Below, in pieces: positions 11,918-24,212 of a DNA stretch of 64,000 bases (the first letter of the stretch is position 1; each line of letters begins with the position of its first letter). The DNA is taken from assembly GCF_006345805.1 (NCBI RefSeq), contig NC_043020.1, positions 7,750,001-7,814,000 of the forward strand, read 5' to 3'. The stretch is from Octopus sinensis (taxonomy: Eukaryota). The position numbers and the translations under genes were made by a program. The notes beneath the pieces are model-generated. The model searched no databases and was not told the DNA's origin. It saw only the letters and a list, made by a program, of their open reading frames with translations.

Positions 11918-12685
11918 AGTGAATTGAAGAAATGGAGTTGAACGAAGATTGAACAGAAATCCTTTTATTGCATTCTACACGTGTTTCGAAAGCCACAATT
12001 TACCAAATTCCGATTGAATAAGGAGACCATATTGTGTCTTTCTCTTCAGGAAGAAAAAGGAATTCCGTTGGCAGAACAAAAACAGAACAGATGCGCAGCA
12101 AAACAAATCGAACGAGGCGGCTCCTAAGAGCCCATGGCCAAACTGTTTATCAATGTTGAAATCGGGTGGTGGGCGCGTTGAAGATATTTACAGGTCAGGC
12201 AGCGGTCAATCCGGTGGGTGAGAGCATGCGGTGCGTAGATGTTCTTTGTGATCGAGACTAAGGTTCTGACTATTTTAAGAATATTAGGTGTATTATGTGG
12301 GGCGAGGCAAAATCTACTTAGAAACATGTGTGTATGAACTGTTCTATATGTGCGCGGCCGTAAGTTGGTAAAAAGCACTGCCCAATGGTCACTGCTGAAA
12401 AATCTGTCAGGCGGCAGAAAATAATTTATGTGTTCGTGTGTTCGTCTAATCATGCTTTGTCAAAAAAAAACCTCACGTCGTCAAAACAAAACCCCATTCG
12501 CCTAATGGGAGTAATTCCCCTTGCAATGGTTAATCAAATCTATCTTAAAAAGCTTTTTCAAAAAATTATTTCCAAGGGCTATTTTCATATAAGTAGGGTA
12601 ACCGGGTGCAGGTATCATTTGTAAGCGTCATTTATAAGCAAGATAAGTAAAACGCCGCCAATGGGGGCATCGAAAAGCCGACTAT
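11915..12685 (-). mobile_element. CpG-rich Penelope-like pseudo-LTR or retrozyme-like element
   Basis: Flanked by (TA)n; minus strand has TATAAA near 12630, a hammerhead at 11973-12052 and AATAAA just downstream; no recognisable ORF. Confidence 0.6.
11973..12052 (-). ncRNA. Type I hammerhead ribozyme motif, canonical core
   Basis: Minus: ttc-CTGAAGA-GAAAG a CACAAT..ATTGTG g CTTTC-GAAA-C-ACGT-G-TA-gaa; palindromic ACACGTGT in stem III; GUA triplet. Confidence 0.85.
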
Positions 12686-12699
12686 ATATATATAGACAC

Positions 12700-12856
12700 A
12701 GGCATGGCTGTGTGGTAAGAAGCTTGCTTTTCAATCTCATGGTTCTGGGTTCAGTCCTATTGCGTGGCCCCTTGGACAAGTGTCTTCTACTATACCCTCA
12801 AACTGACCAAAGCCTTGTGAGTGGATGTGGTAGACGGAAATTGAAAGAAGCCCTTC

Positions 12857-12897
<41 letters not shown>

Positions 12898-12990
12898 GCT
12901 GGGGTCAACTTGCTTGACTAAAACCCTTCAAGGTGGTGCTCCAGCATGATCACAGTCAAATGATTGAAATAAGTAAAAGAATAAAAGAAT
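12700..12990 (+). mobile_element. SINE family A with internal deletion
   Basis: Head and tail motifs present, middle replaced by (TA)n. Confidence 0.8.
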
Positions 12991-13133
12991 ATATATATCA
13001 TCATCATCATCATCATTGTTTAACATCCATTCCATGCTAGCATGATATGTATGTATAGATGGTCCAAAAGACATATTACATATACATACATATATACATA
13101 CTTTATTTAAAAGCAGCAGAAATTCAACAAAAC

Positions 13134-13171
13134 CTGTTACTCGGAGTTTCATGTTCCTGTTCGTCGGACAG
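13134..13171 (-). ncRNA. Minimal hammerhead-like motif, CCGACGA core variant
   Basis: Minus: ctgt-CCGACGA-aca-ggaa-cat-GAAA-ctccgag-TA-acag; stem I 4 bp, stem II apparently CpG-decayed. Confidence 0.55.
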
Positions 13172-13263
13172 TTTTTACTCTACCCTTGGTATTTGAGTAC
13201 TCTTTTTTTCCACCTTGTTTCACATTTATGTGTTTACTCCGGTACATATATACATATACATAC

Positions 13264-13303
<40 letters not shown>

Positions 13304-13404
13304 ATCCTCATTGTTTAATATCCATCTTTCATCTACTATGCTGTGTGTTTATGTATGTATGAATGTATGTACGTACATATGTGTGTTTGTGTATGTTGGT
13401 ACAT

Positions 13405-13580
13405 AAAACGCATGCTGTACACTTTGTAAAGCGGTTGGTGTGAGGCAGGGCATCCAGCTGTAGAAACCATACCAAAGCAGACAATCAAGTCTGGTGCAGT
13501 ATTTTGAATGTTCCGGCTCCTGTCAAAACTGTTTGCACCATGTCTGTTGGCAAAACGGATCCTAAATGATGATGATGATG
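13405..13580 (+). mobile_element. Family R RTE-type tail
   Basis: gcggttggtgtgaggcagggcatccagctgtagaaacc..(gat)n. Confidence 0.75.
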
Positions 13581-14222
13581 ATGGTGATGACATATGTATA
13601 TGTGTGCATAAGTGTGTGTATACTTAAAAACACACGCACACACACTTATGTAATATATCACTGTTGTCATTTAACATCTGTTTTCTATGTGGCATAGATT
13701 GAATGGTTTGAGAGGATCTGACAAACCGCAGGTCTGTGTCAAGCTCCAATGTCACCCTTGGTTTCTGTGACTGTATAGTCTTCCTAATGCCAACTATTTT
13801 ACTTTACAGCATGTACTGGTTGCTTTTTTTTACATTGAGGTTGCCAAGTAACATGCAAAACAGGAAAAGAACAAAGGAAAAACCCCCTTGACTAAGTGGA
13901 GACAGTACTTGAAAGAATGATGTGGTTTTATGCCTGTTGAGAGGCTACAGTATGACAGAAGCACAAGCACAGGCGTGTTCCTATAGAAGAGACATATGGC
14001 AACCTCACATTATACAAGGATGGGATTATCTGGGAAGAAGATAAGATTGTAGTGTTTTGGTGTTGGAGCAAACCCTCGAAGACAAAAGAGGGGAGCATAA
14101 GAGGGGATAAGGACAGTGGGGGAAGAGAAGTTGGGTGATTTTATAAGAGTATGAGGAGAGATGGGAATGTATAGTGTTCATTTGTTTTACGTCCATTTTT
14201 CCCATGCTAGCATGGGTTAGAT

Positions 14223-14306
14223 CAGTGGTTCCCAACTTGTGGTCTGCGGACCCCTGGTGGTCTGCAAAGGTAGTACTGGGGGTCCATGAACTGATTTCAA
14301 AATATC

Positions 14307-14339
<33 letters not shown>

Positions 14340-14448
14340 CACATGCATAAGGATAAGCATGTTAAAAGGGGTCAGTGGGAAAACTCATTCAAATACAAGG
14401 GTCGGAAACCACTGTTGGGAACCTTTGTGAAAAGGTTGGAAACCACTG
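14223..14448. mobile_element. hAT-type MITE inserted in a family R relic
   Basis: TIR cagtggttcccaac / gttggaaaccactg; 8-bp TSD ggttagat / gattagat. Confidence 0.85.
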
Positions 14449-14819
14449 GATTAGATGAATATCATGTTGATGTTTTGTTTTATTGCTGGATGCCCTAACT
14501 GATGCTAATCTCTACATGTTTTTCAAGTAAAGCTTCTCTTATTCCATGTAGCCATGACAGCATGAGCCTTGCAGATGATTTATTGACAGGGAAGTGACAA
14601 CAACACCCCGCTCCCAAAAAAACTTTGTGATTTTCATATAAGAGAGCACAGATGTTAACAAACACACAGACACACACATGAATAAGAATGTATATATGTG
14701 TGTGTGTGTGTTTATGTATATATGTATGTATATTTATATATTTATGTATGTAATTCATTATATATGTAAATTTAAGTGTGTATATGTATACACACACATA
14801 TCTATATTCATATATATAT

Positions 14820-15000
14820 AGGGAGAGTTTACGAAAAAACAAAAGACGAAGACAGTTGGTGTACAAAACAAACAAATGTATTAGTATAACGTTCAGGAAT
14901 AGAAAAAGTCTTTTACGTTTCGAGCCTATGCTCTTCTACAGAAAGGGACACAGAAAAAACAAGGAGAGACACAAGGAGAGAAAAAAAATGTGTGTAGTGG
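14820..15000 (-). mobile_element. (TA)n-flanked short element with hammerhead-like motif at 14910-14945 (CUGUAGA variant)
   Basis: Minus: cttt-CTGTAGA-A-GAGC-atag-GCTC-GAAA-CG-TA-aaag; homologues at 26340-26510 and 36285-36800. Confidence 0.6.
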
Positions 15001-15071
15001 CTATATATGTATATTCACACACACACATAAACATATTATATATATGTACATACACACACATATATACATAC

Positions 15072-15116
<45 letters not shown>

Positions 15117-15150
15117 CATGTGTGTGTATGTATGTATGTATGTGTGTGTG

Positions 15151-15196
<46 letters not shown>

Positions 15197-15243
15197 ATAT
15201 ATATATGTGCATGTGTGTGTATGTATGTATGTATGTGTGTGTG

Positions 15244-15295
<52 letters not shown>

Positions 15296-15876
15296 ATTTG
15301 CATGACACCAGGCTGGATTTATGTGCCGCCGGCACGGGTGTCAATTTGTGTGACACCAGTATCTGCCACGACTGATTTTGCTTGGCTTCATGTGTCTTCT
15401 CAAGCAGAACATAATGCCAAAGGTCTTGGTCGTTGCCTCTATGAGGCCCAATACACACACAGACAAACACACACACACACACACACATTAGTGTGTGTGT
15501 TGTCCACTATTTTCTCCCATCTTCCACAATGCTGAGACTAATATAACTACACATCGATAGTCAATATCATTTATTGTTATTAATTATATTATGTTCATTT
15601 TGCTCTTGTTGTTGTTCTTGTTCTTAATCTCTCTATTTTTTTTGTCTTTGTACCGACTGTCTCCAATGTCTTGGTCTCTTGTAGCCAATAAATCTATTTA
15701 TTATCATTGCTACTGTTGTTTTGATTTCATCTACAACAACAACATAAACAACAACAACCTCTACTTGAGTCCACTCACTACATTCCCTCTCCTCCACCTC
15801 CCACTCTCCTTTCGCAGTCTCACAGACTTACCCACCCACTCACCCTATCCAATCCTTGGTTCCTCCTCACTTATAT

Positions 15877-16384
15877 CAGTGGTTCTCAACCATTTTTTGT
15901 CTATGGACCCTTTTGATTATGATTTTATTCCGGTAGATTCCCCCATAGCCATTCGACGTGCAAATCTAGTTTTATAGATATTTCTTTCAAAATTCCTATT
16001 TTGTTTATCACACATTCACTTGTGTAGACTGCATGTTAAAAGGGGTCCATGGGAAAACTCATTTAAATACAAGGGCTGGGAACCGCTGTTAGGAACCTCT
16101 GTGAAAAGGTTGGGAACCACTGGATTAGATGAATGTCATATAACTGTCAGAGAAAGAAATCTACTTGTTTCTTGCAATAAATACATCTAATGCAAAATTT
16201 TTCATGGACCCTTCACATAGGAGTGGCTGTATGGCAAATAGCTTGCTAACCAATCACATGGTTCCGTGTTCAGTCCCACTGCATGGCATCTTGGGCAAGT
16301 GTCTTCTGCTATAGCCCCGGGCCGACCAATGCCTTGTGAGTGGATTTGGTAGACGGAAACTGAAAGAAGCCCGTCGAATATGTG

Positions 16385-16415
<31 letters not shown>

Positions 16416-16721
16416 TTTTGTGTCTGTGTTTGTCCCCTTAGCATTGCTTGACAACCGATGCTGGTGTGTTTACATCCCCACCACTTAGCGGTTCAGCAAA
16501 AGAGGCCGATAGAATAAGTACTAGGCTTACAAAGAATAAGTCCCAGGGTCGATTTGCTCGACTAAAGGCGGTGCTCCAGCATGGCCGCAGTCAAATGACT
16601 GAAACAAGTAAAAGAGTAAAGAGTATATTGTTTGTCTGCAATTACTATTTTGCTTGTGTGGAGCCCCCAAAATTTTATATGGACCACAAAGGGGTCTATG
16701 GACCCTGGTTGAGAACCACTC
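15877..16721. mobile_element. hAT-type MITE with nested captured segment and SINE A
   Basis: TIR cagtggttctcaacc / ggttgagaaccact(c); 8-bp TSD acttatat / acttacat. Confidence 0.8.
16217..16625 (+). mobile_element. SINE family A, full length
   Basis: A box tggctgtatgg, B box gttcagtccc, CORE-like cttgggcaagtg, internal (TA/TG)n, tail (aaagagt)n. Confidence 0.9.
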
Positions 16722-17498
16722 ACTTACATACAACTCCCTGTATCTTGAGTGTCCAGTCACATCCCATCACCTTTTCTCCATCTTCTCTCCCCTCTCTCTT
16801 TCTCTCTCCTCTTTCCCCTACTGAGGTAGCCAGGTAGCCATGTATCTCCTTTAATGCAAGACACTTATTTCTGCTCTTCTATTCATACTCTAACCTCTCA
16901 TCACCAGCCACAAAGCCATCTCCCTTGATACTACCCCCCACTCAGTTGAGGTGGGGAGCTTGCTTTGCAATTTACTTCATGACCTCACTCCAGCCTGTGC
17001 CCTATACGAGGTACCCAATACGCTCTGCAAAGTCGTTAGAATTAGGAAGGACATCTGTCTGTGGAAATTATGCTAAAGCAGTCAATCAAGCTTGGCGCTG
17101 ACTTCTGACTTGCCAGCTCCTGCCAAACTGTCCAACCCATGCTAGCATGGAAAATGAACATTAACTGATGATGATACTTCTAATGTAGGTACAAGGCTAG
17201 CAACTTTAGTGGGAGGTATTTTGTCAACTACATCAACTCCACTATTTGACTGGTACTGTACTTTTCTTCCTCAGAAGTAAAGTTGACTTTGTAGGATTTG
17301 AACTCAGTATGTAGAGGCATTTATTTTTTTCTATACCACAAAGCATTTTATTTTCTATAACACCTTGTGGAATTTAGTCTAGCTCTTTGGACTCTGAGTT
17401 CAAATCTCATTGAGATCAACTTTGTTATTTGTCCTTCTTGGATTGATAAATTAAAGAGCAATTCAAGTAGAGGGGGTAAGGATCAGTGTGATTGACCC

Positions 17499-17726
17499 AA
17501 TATTTTTCAACCATTTTTTGCCTTTGGACCTTTTCGGTTCCTATTTTATTGAGGTGAACCCTCAGAACCATTCCTTGTTTAAAAACATCATATTGTATTT
17601 TCATAATTAAATTTTATTGGGAATTGTATGAAAACAATTCTTAAAATATATTGTACATAAACTTCAACAACAAAATCTTGTATGGACCCCCCCAAGGGCT
17701 ATATGGACCTTGACTGAAAACCACTG
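17499..17726. mobile_element. hAT-type MITE, degraded, within a SINE B relic
   Basis: Ends gactgaaaaccactg; homologous to the 8920 and 15877 elements. Confidence 0.65.
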
Positions 17727-18469
17727 GACAAACCCTTTCTCCACCCACATGATGGCCTTGTGCCTAAATTAAAACCTATTTTTATTCTTGTTGTTGTTGT
17801 TGTTGCTGTAGAAAAAGCATTATTTTTTTTTTCTGTTTTCTTTGTTTTTCATTTTTGCTTTTATTTGCCAGTGTATCTTTCAACATGGCACCACATTATT
17901 CTAACTCTAAAGCTCTAAGAACTAAAATAACTTGATAGACTTGCTACACTAATCAAAAGATTCTAGATAAAAAGCTGTTAAGTAGATGTGTATGTATGTA
18001 TGTATGTATATTAAACGATGTGTGTTTATGTACCTGTGTATGTATATTTGCATTTATGTATGTGTGAAATGTACCTGCATATGTTATGAGCGTTTGTCTT
18101 TATGTTGTGTGACTGTATATTTTATGTTATATGTATTTGTTTGTGTGAATGTGTCTGTATCTTATGTGTATTTATGCTTGTGTGAATATGTATGTATATG
18201 TGATGTGCGTGAATATATTTGTGTGAATATATGTGTTGTCTAAATAATGTGTATTTTTTTGCCTGCCCATCTTAGGTGTGTGTGAATTATCTATATTTAT
18301 GTTTGTGTGAATGTGTATGTAGGTATTAAAAGATATTCCTGTACATGTTATGTGAATTGCCCTGAATTGATGTTTGTATGAATGCAACTATATTCTTGAT
18401 TTATACCCTGTATGTCACATGTTATTTTTCTTTTATTTAATTATTGGATGAAAGGGTTGTGTCCCTGGC

Positions 18470-18830
18470 CTTGACAGACCCTTGGAAACCAATGAGATCG
18501 ATGTGATTAATGTTTCTCTTGAACATTTGAAGTCAACGGCTGCTGCAGGGGGAAAAAAAAAAACAAGAACAGTGACAGAATCTCAGGTGGTTGCTGTTTT
18601 GGGGAAGAAAGATTGGGGAGTGCAATTAATATGGGGTATAGGGGTGGATATTTGGTGGACACAGTATAAGTAATAAGCAGAGGAAAGACAAGAGACGAAT
18701 TGAAAGTACCTGGATGATACAAAATGGTACAAGACCAGCTAGTTCCTAGGAGCAAAGACCATTGTAGTTGCTGTAGAAAAGACAGATGGCAGTAAACCTG
18801 TGGGTCAATCAGCCTGGTGCTGTAGGACAG
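18470..18830 (-). pseudogene. CR1/L2-group LINE ORF2 C-terminal relic
   Basis: Hand translation across frameshifts: AICLFYSNYNGLCS*ELAGLVP..QSFFPKTATT*DS..LQMFKRNINHIDL, matching the LFYRYY..SFFPRT..WNSL..FK..VN pattern. Confidence 0.7.
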
Positions 18831-19558
18831 TACTTCCTAAACTGACTACTACATGACCCACTCCAAATATTAGTGAACTGTTTTGCTCCTCTGTCCCCTT
18901 TTTATAATGTGAAGTCAAGCTAGATTTTGCATCCATATGATTCTTTTGTCACTGTGGAGTTGGGTAACCTTTTGTCTTTTATGTGTTTCAGACATTAGAC
19001 TGCACGGTCATGCTGAGACACTGCTTTCAAGGGATTTTAGTCAAACAAATTGTCCCTGTACTTATTTTTAAGTCTCATACTTATTCTGTTGATCTCTTTT
19101 GCTGAACTGCTAAGTTACAAAAGCTTAGAATACGCTAATGCTTGTTGTCAAGCAGGACAAATACAAACACAGCCACAGGGGAACAAATGCAAGCACAAAA
19201 GTATGCATGTGCGCACGCACACAGACATACACACACACACACACACTAGGCTTCTACACAGTTTCTGTTTACTAAATCTGCTCACATGGCATTGGTTGGT
19301 CCGGGGCTACAGTTGGAGACATTTTCCCAAGATGCTGCACTGTAGAACTGAATCTGAAGCCACACAGCCATGTCTGTTTAAGATTTTAAAACCTTAATTT
19401 TATTAAACCTGGCAATTTGTTTACTCTATTTTCAGTCTTCACAGCCTCCATTCTGTCACATTGTCTCACATATGGGTGCAGTACCCCATTGTGGGTCTGT
19501 GCTGAGTTATGTAAAGGGTTAAAAATTTATATGAGTGAAGCATGTGTGTGTGTGTATA

Positions 19559-19905
19559 CAAGGTGTGATGGGTAAATTATCACCATTTTATATTTTTAAT
19601 TCCATGCATGTGCATTGTTTGTTTTTGATTTTGTCCACTACATAGTATAGTAGGGTTAGTTGGGCACCATCTGTCAGAAAAACAGCACCATGACACAATT
19701 CACTCTGCCAGAAATTTGAAAATGACATGCTGTACTGCTGGGCATTTGTGCTCCAAACATTTCAGAGTGTTTGGGTGTCAATCTGAGGACAGACCAATCT
19801 GAGGACATGTACCAAGAGTGATAAAAATCAAATATCCGGTCAACATCATGGTGTTTGGAGTGATCACTAGTGTTGGTGACGTTATGCCTCCATTCCTCAC
19901 AATGT
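19559..19905 (+). mobile_element. Mariner DD37D (maT)-type non-autonomous element, 5' part
   Basis: TA-caaggtg start; homologous to 41732-42566; encodes VPRVIKIKYPVNIMVFGVITSVGDVMPPF. Confidence 0.75.
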
Positions 19906-20057
19906 ATGTATGTTTTTCCCAGTGTTTACAAATAACACGGAAAAAATAAACAAACAGTTACCAGAGTAGCAAAAATTCACACAAGTAACAAGGATGTAAC
20001 ATCCTATTTATAAAAGTAGAAACTCCAGGTTTAGATGAAATGTTTTGTATAATATAG

Positions 20058-20724
20058 ATAAATAAATAAATGAAGTTAAACACAGGTGTTATTCAAATTC
20101 TTTTACTTTCAACATATGTTTCAAAGACAACATTGGTATTATTCCAGAAGGAATAAAATGGTGTAAAACAATGCAATCTTCTCATCAGGGAAATAAAGAA
20201 ACCAAACACATCAACAAGACATTTTAACAGAATGTGATGACTGCATATATGATGACGGGAACACTATCAATTTTGTTTTTAAAAAGCCGTTAGTAGATAT
20301 AACGTCAAAGGTAATTTATGGAAAGAGAAGGAGAAAGAAAGAAATTAGCAGAAAACTAATAGTGGAGTGGTATAGAGTGATAGGTGAATTAGAATAAAAC
20401 TTAAAGGAATGGAAATAGATATATTTAGTGGAAGTGCAATGTAAGAATACAGTCAAAGGTCGAGTTTTATAAAATGGTAGACATATCTACTAACGGCTTT
20501 TTAAAAAAAAAACTTGATAGCGTTCCCTTCATCATATATAGTCATCACATTCTGTTAAAATGTCTTGTTGATGTGTTTGGTTTCTTTCTTTCCCTGATGA
20601 GAAGATTGCATTGGTTTACACCATTTTATTCCTTTTGCAATAATACTAATGTTGTCTTCAAAACATATGTCGGAAGTAAAAGAATTTGAATAACGCTTTT
20701 GTTTAACTCCATTTATTTATTTAT
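20058..20724. repeat. Long inverted repeat (about 240-bp arms, 182-bp spacer); Penelope-like inverted pLTR structure
   Basis: Arms 20058-20300 and 20483-20724 are reverse complements, roughly 88-90% identical by eye; each holds a hammerhead-like motif. Confidence 0.9.
20590..20675 (+). ncRNA. Type I hammerhead motif with G12A lesion; mirror copy at 20107-20192 on minus strand
   Basis: ttcc-CTGATGA-GAAGA..TCTTC-(a)AAAC-ATAT-GTC-ggaa; mirror copy keeps GAAAC but has GTT and a weakened stem I. Confidence 0.7.
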
Positions 20725-21206
20725 ACATATATATGTATATATACATGTTTATAAACAATTTATGTAATTATGTTTGTGTGAATGTTTGCTTGTCAAGTAG
20801 TTTAAACGTGTATATGTGTGTTTGTTAAAGTACCTTTAAAGGTGTATATGTGAGTTTGTTAAATTATGTTCATTTAAATCTGTGTTAAGGGTTATTTGTG
20901 ACTTCATGTCTGTGTGAAATTACATGTGCTTGTATTGGATTGAATGTCACTACATGTGTGCGTTTGTTTACAAGAAGGGATGATGTATATTGCTGCACGC
21001 TATAGTTTCAGGTTACTAGAATATACACATGTACCTGTGTTTATGGATGTATGTGTGTGTGTCACCATGGGAAAGCTTTCATTAAAATGATACAGATTAT
21101 GTCTGTGTGTATGTGAAGTAGGGATATATGATATTATCATAAGACTAACCTAACAGATATTTCACAAGCTGTCAACTTAATATGAAATAAAAACAGTCCA
21201 GTCAAG

Positions 21207-21261
<55 letters not shown>

Positions 21262-21644
21262 AGATATAGAAATGTTGCCTTGTGGAAATGACAGGGACAT
21301 CTGAAGTGTATTGATCTTAAGTTTTTTTTCCCTCTCCAATGGAACCATCGTCACCTTCTTCATGTGTCACTTGAAGAACGGAGAGACAAGAAACTGAACG
21401 ATGATAAAGAGATGTTCTGCTCTTGATGTAACAACATTTCTATTTCTGAATAAATATGTCGATGGAATCAGAACCATATGTTTTATGAACATGCATGTAT
21501 GTGTATTTATGTGTGTGTATATATGTTTTTATATAATGTGTGTGTGTGTGTATTAATGTATTATTTGCTGTTATTGATCAACTTGTTGAAAAACAAAACA
21601 TTTTCTGAAGGTGGAACTCTATGCATTTAGTAGAGTTAAATTTA

Positions 21645-21764
21645 TTGATAAAATCAAGTTGATTGGGACTTCATGTGTTACCCTTAATGGCTTATTCAAC
21701 CAGATTGGCTGAATGTGCCATTAAAGGGCAAAACATGAAGTCTCAATCAGCTCAATATTATCAA
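21645..21764. other. Long imperfect hairpin (about 45-55 bp stem, 3-nt loop)
   Basis: gttgattgggacttcatgt..cccttaatggc..attcaacca pairs with tggctgaat..gccattaaaggg..acatgaagtctcaatcagc. Confidence 0.75.
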
Positions 21765-22071
21765 TGTATATAAACACTGAAGAGGTGAATTAATAAGCAA
21801 TTATGTAATCCCAACAGTTAATTTGCTGAAACACAAGTATATTTTATAAAGCATAAAATACTATATATGTTTTCTGTGTTTTATACTATATATCTGTGCA
21901 TGTGTGTCTGGTATGTGTGTGTAAGTTTTTATATGTGCCATGAATGAATTTCTCAACCCTTGAGTCACTTTAACAATATTTTGCTTATCTAAAAATAAAT
22001 GTAGACAAACATGTATTGAGTTCTTTGTCTCCTATTCGTTTTACTAATCTCTTTCTTTCTCTCTCTCTTTT

Positions 22072-22112
<41 letters not shown>

Positions 22113-22355
22113 ATAAGTGATGATAATTGTGTGTATATATATATATATATATATATCATCATCATCATTGTTTAACATCCGTTTTCAATGCTGACATGGG
22201 TTGGATGGTTTGACATGGAGCTGGCTAGATGTTCAGACTGTAATTGTCTGTTGTGATATGGTTTCTATGGCTGGATGCCCTTCCTAATACCAACACTTAA
22301 CAGAGTGTGCTGGGTGCTATTTTACATATAAACATATATATATATATATATATAT

Positions 22356-22903
22356 AAATTAGTGTACATTTAAACACAGAGAGGCGAGCCATAACAGGTT
22401 GCCTAACACACTAGAAAGAACAGTCAAAAAGTCCAAACCACAGTTAAGAGCAATTTCGAAGGGAATGAAAACTAAAAGCATTTACCATGTTTTACAGCTG
22501 GACCACAGGTTTCGTAAAATAAAATAATTTGCAAGGTGAAGTTCTCATCAGTTAATACACCAAAACATTAACATATAAATTAGAGACCATGTAACACATG
22601 TCTCATCCTTATATTATAATTTTTCAAATCCTCCACATGAGCGTAGATTCAATCAGCATCAAATAAAAATTTTGATTAAACTTTAGAAATTGCTAAAATC
22701 ATTTCTTAAAATTAATATAGGGTAGGAAAAAATTATAGGAATTTCTTTTCTACCTGTGGCCTAGTATGTATACAAAGTCAATAGACATATTTTTTATATA
22801 AAAATTAGTGCACATTTAAACACAAAAGAGGTGAGCCTTAACAGGTCGCCTAACATACTAGAAAGAACAGTCTAAAAGTCCAAACCACAGTTAAGAGCAA
22901 TTT
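22356..22903 (-). mobile_element. Partial-tandem element (about 446-bp period) with hammerhead-like core at 22497-22555
   Basis: About 100-bp direct repeats at 22356-22456 and 22802-22903; minus strand CTGATGA..GAAAC-ctgtg-GTC, stems I and II decayed. Confidence 0.55.
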
Positions 22904-23639
22904 ATGTATGTATGTATGTATGTATTATGTATGTTTGTACATACACATATTAAGTACATGCACACGTGTATCCATTCATTCATTTATCATCCATTTTTCA
23001 TGCTAGCATGGGTTAGATGAGGAATTATGAATTATTTGAGCATGATTTTACAGCTAGACACTCTTCCTGCCATCAACCCTTTCTTGACTCCTCACACACA
23101 CATTATTTAATCAAGAGACAATGGGGAGGACCCTTGACCCATTTTCAAACCCTTCAAGAATGGTAGACAGAAAGGAGGAAGTTGTCTATAGACTATAGAC
23201 TTCGCTTGAATACTTGCAATTAGATTGAGTCGCACTAAAGGCTTCCAGGTGTTGCTGTTAAGCTAGAGAACCAATTAAGGTAGTCACCCCAGACCAGGAC
23301 TGGCCCTTCTTATGGGCTTCCGTACAGCTTCCATCGCCCAAATTTTTGCTCACCTGGCTTTAGTCAACCTAAGATACTTGCTCAAGGCGCCATGCAGAGG
23401 GATCAAACCTCAAACCATGTGACCTTATTGTGAAATTAGTGCTCCTATGTTAAACCATAGAACCTTGGATAGCTTGGCATAAGGGGCAAACTGACAGGTC
23501 TCATCATTCACTCATCAAGTATTGTTGATCCCTACCTTCCAAGTTTCTTAATTAAGGAAACAGAGTTAGTTATAAAAAATATACACAAGATTATGTTGAG
23601 GATGGTATAAATTCACATAATGGCATAAAATCAGGCATT

Positions 23640-24110
23640 AAAAACTAGAGCATAAGTACAAGCTGGGCTTACAAATCCATCTATATCAGTTTGCCATTTT
23701 AGAGATTTAAAGTTGTTGGTGGCAAACAGCTCTTTCTTTTGAAGAGTGTTATTTTCCAAACTGCCTGGAAAAGTCTGGCTGAGTCTGGAAGAAGGGGCAG
23801 TGCCCATGAAATAAGCGAGATTGTTGTCATTAATGTTCTGTTTAAACTGTTGCAGGTTAACACTGACAAGAAAGACATTCACAGGAGGAAAATTCCAAAG
23901 GGACTATAGTCTGCAGTGGAAGGATTGGGTATAGTAATTAGTGCAAGGCCAGTAGGAGTGGTGGTGGTGGATACAACAGGGGTTAGAGAGGTGGAGTGTG
24001 AAAAGGGTGGAGATACAAGATCAGCTATCTTTGTGAAGCAGAGGCCACTATAGTAATGATAATAAAGACAGATAGGGAAGAACAGCTCATTAAGAAATGG
24101 TGAAGTTATT
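23640..24110 (-). pseudogene. CR1/L2-group LINE ORF2 C-terminal relic, same family as 18470
   Basis: ICLYYHYYSGLCFTKIADLVSP..NYYTQSFHCRL*SLWNFPPVNVFLVSVNLQQFKQNINDNNL. Confidence 0.7.
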
Positions 24111-24212
24111 TTAGGCATCTAAACAGAAAATGCTGTAGCAGTTCCTGAATTTGTTTTTCAAGTTGATGTTAATACACACAGAAACACACAATATGCATGC
24201 AGTAGATTCACA

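Noticed and set aside
23631-24118. Two adjacent ORFs after an AG acceptor as a host exon
   Set aside because: Explained as a frameshifted CR1/L2-group LINE relic
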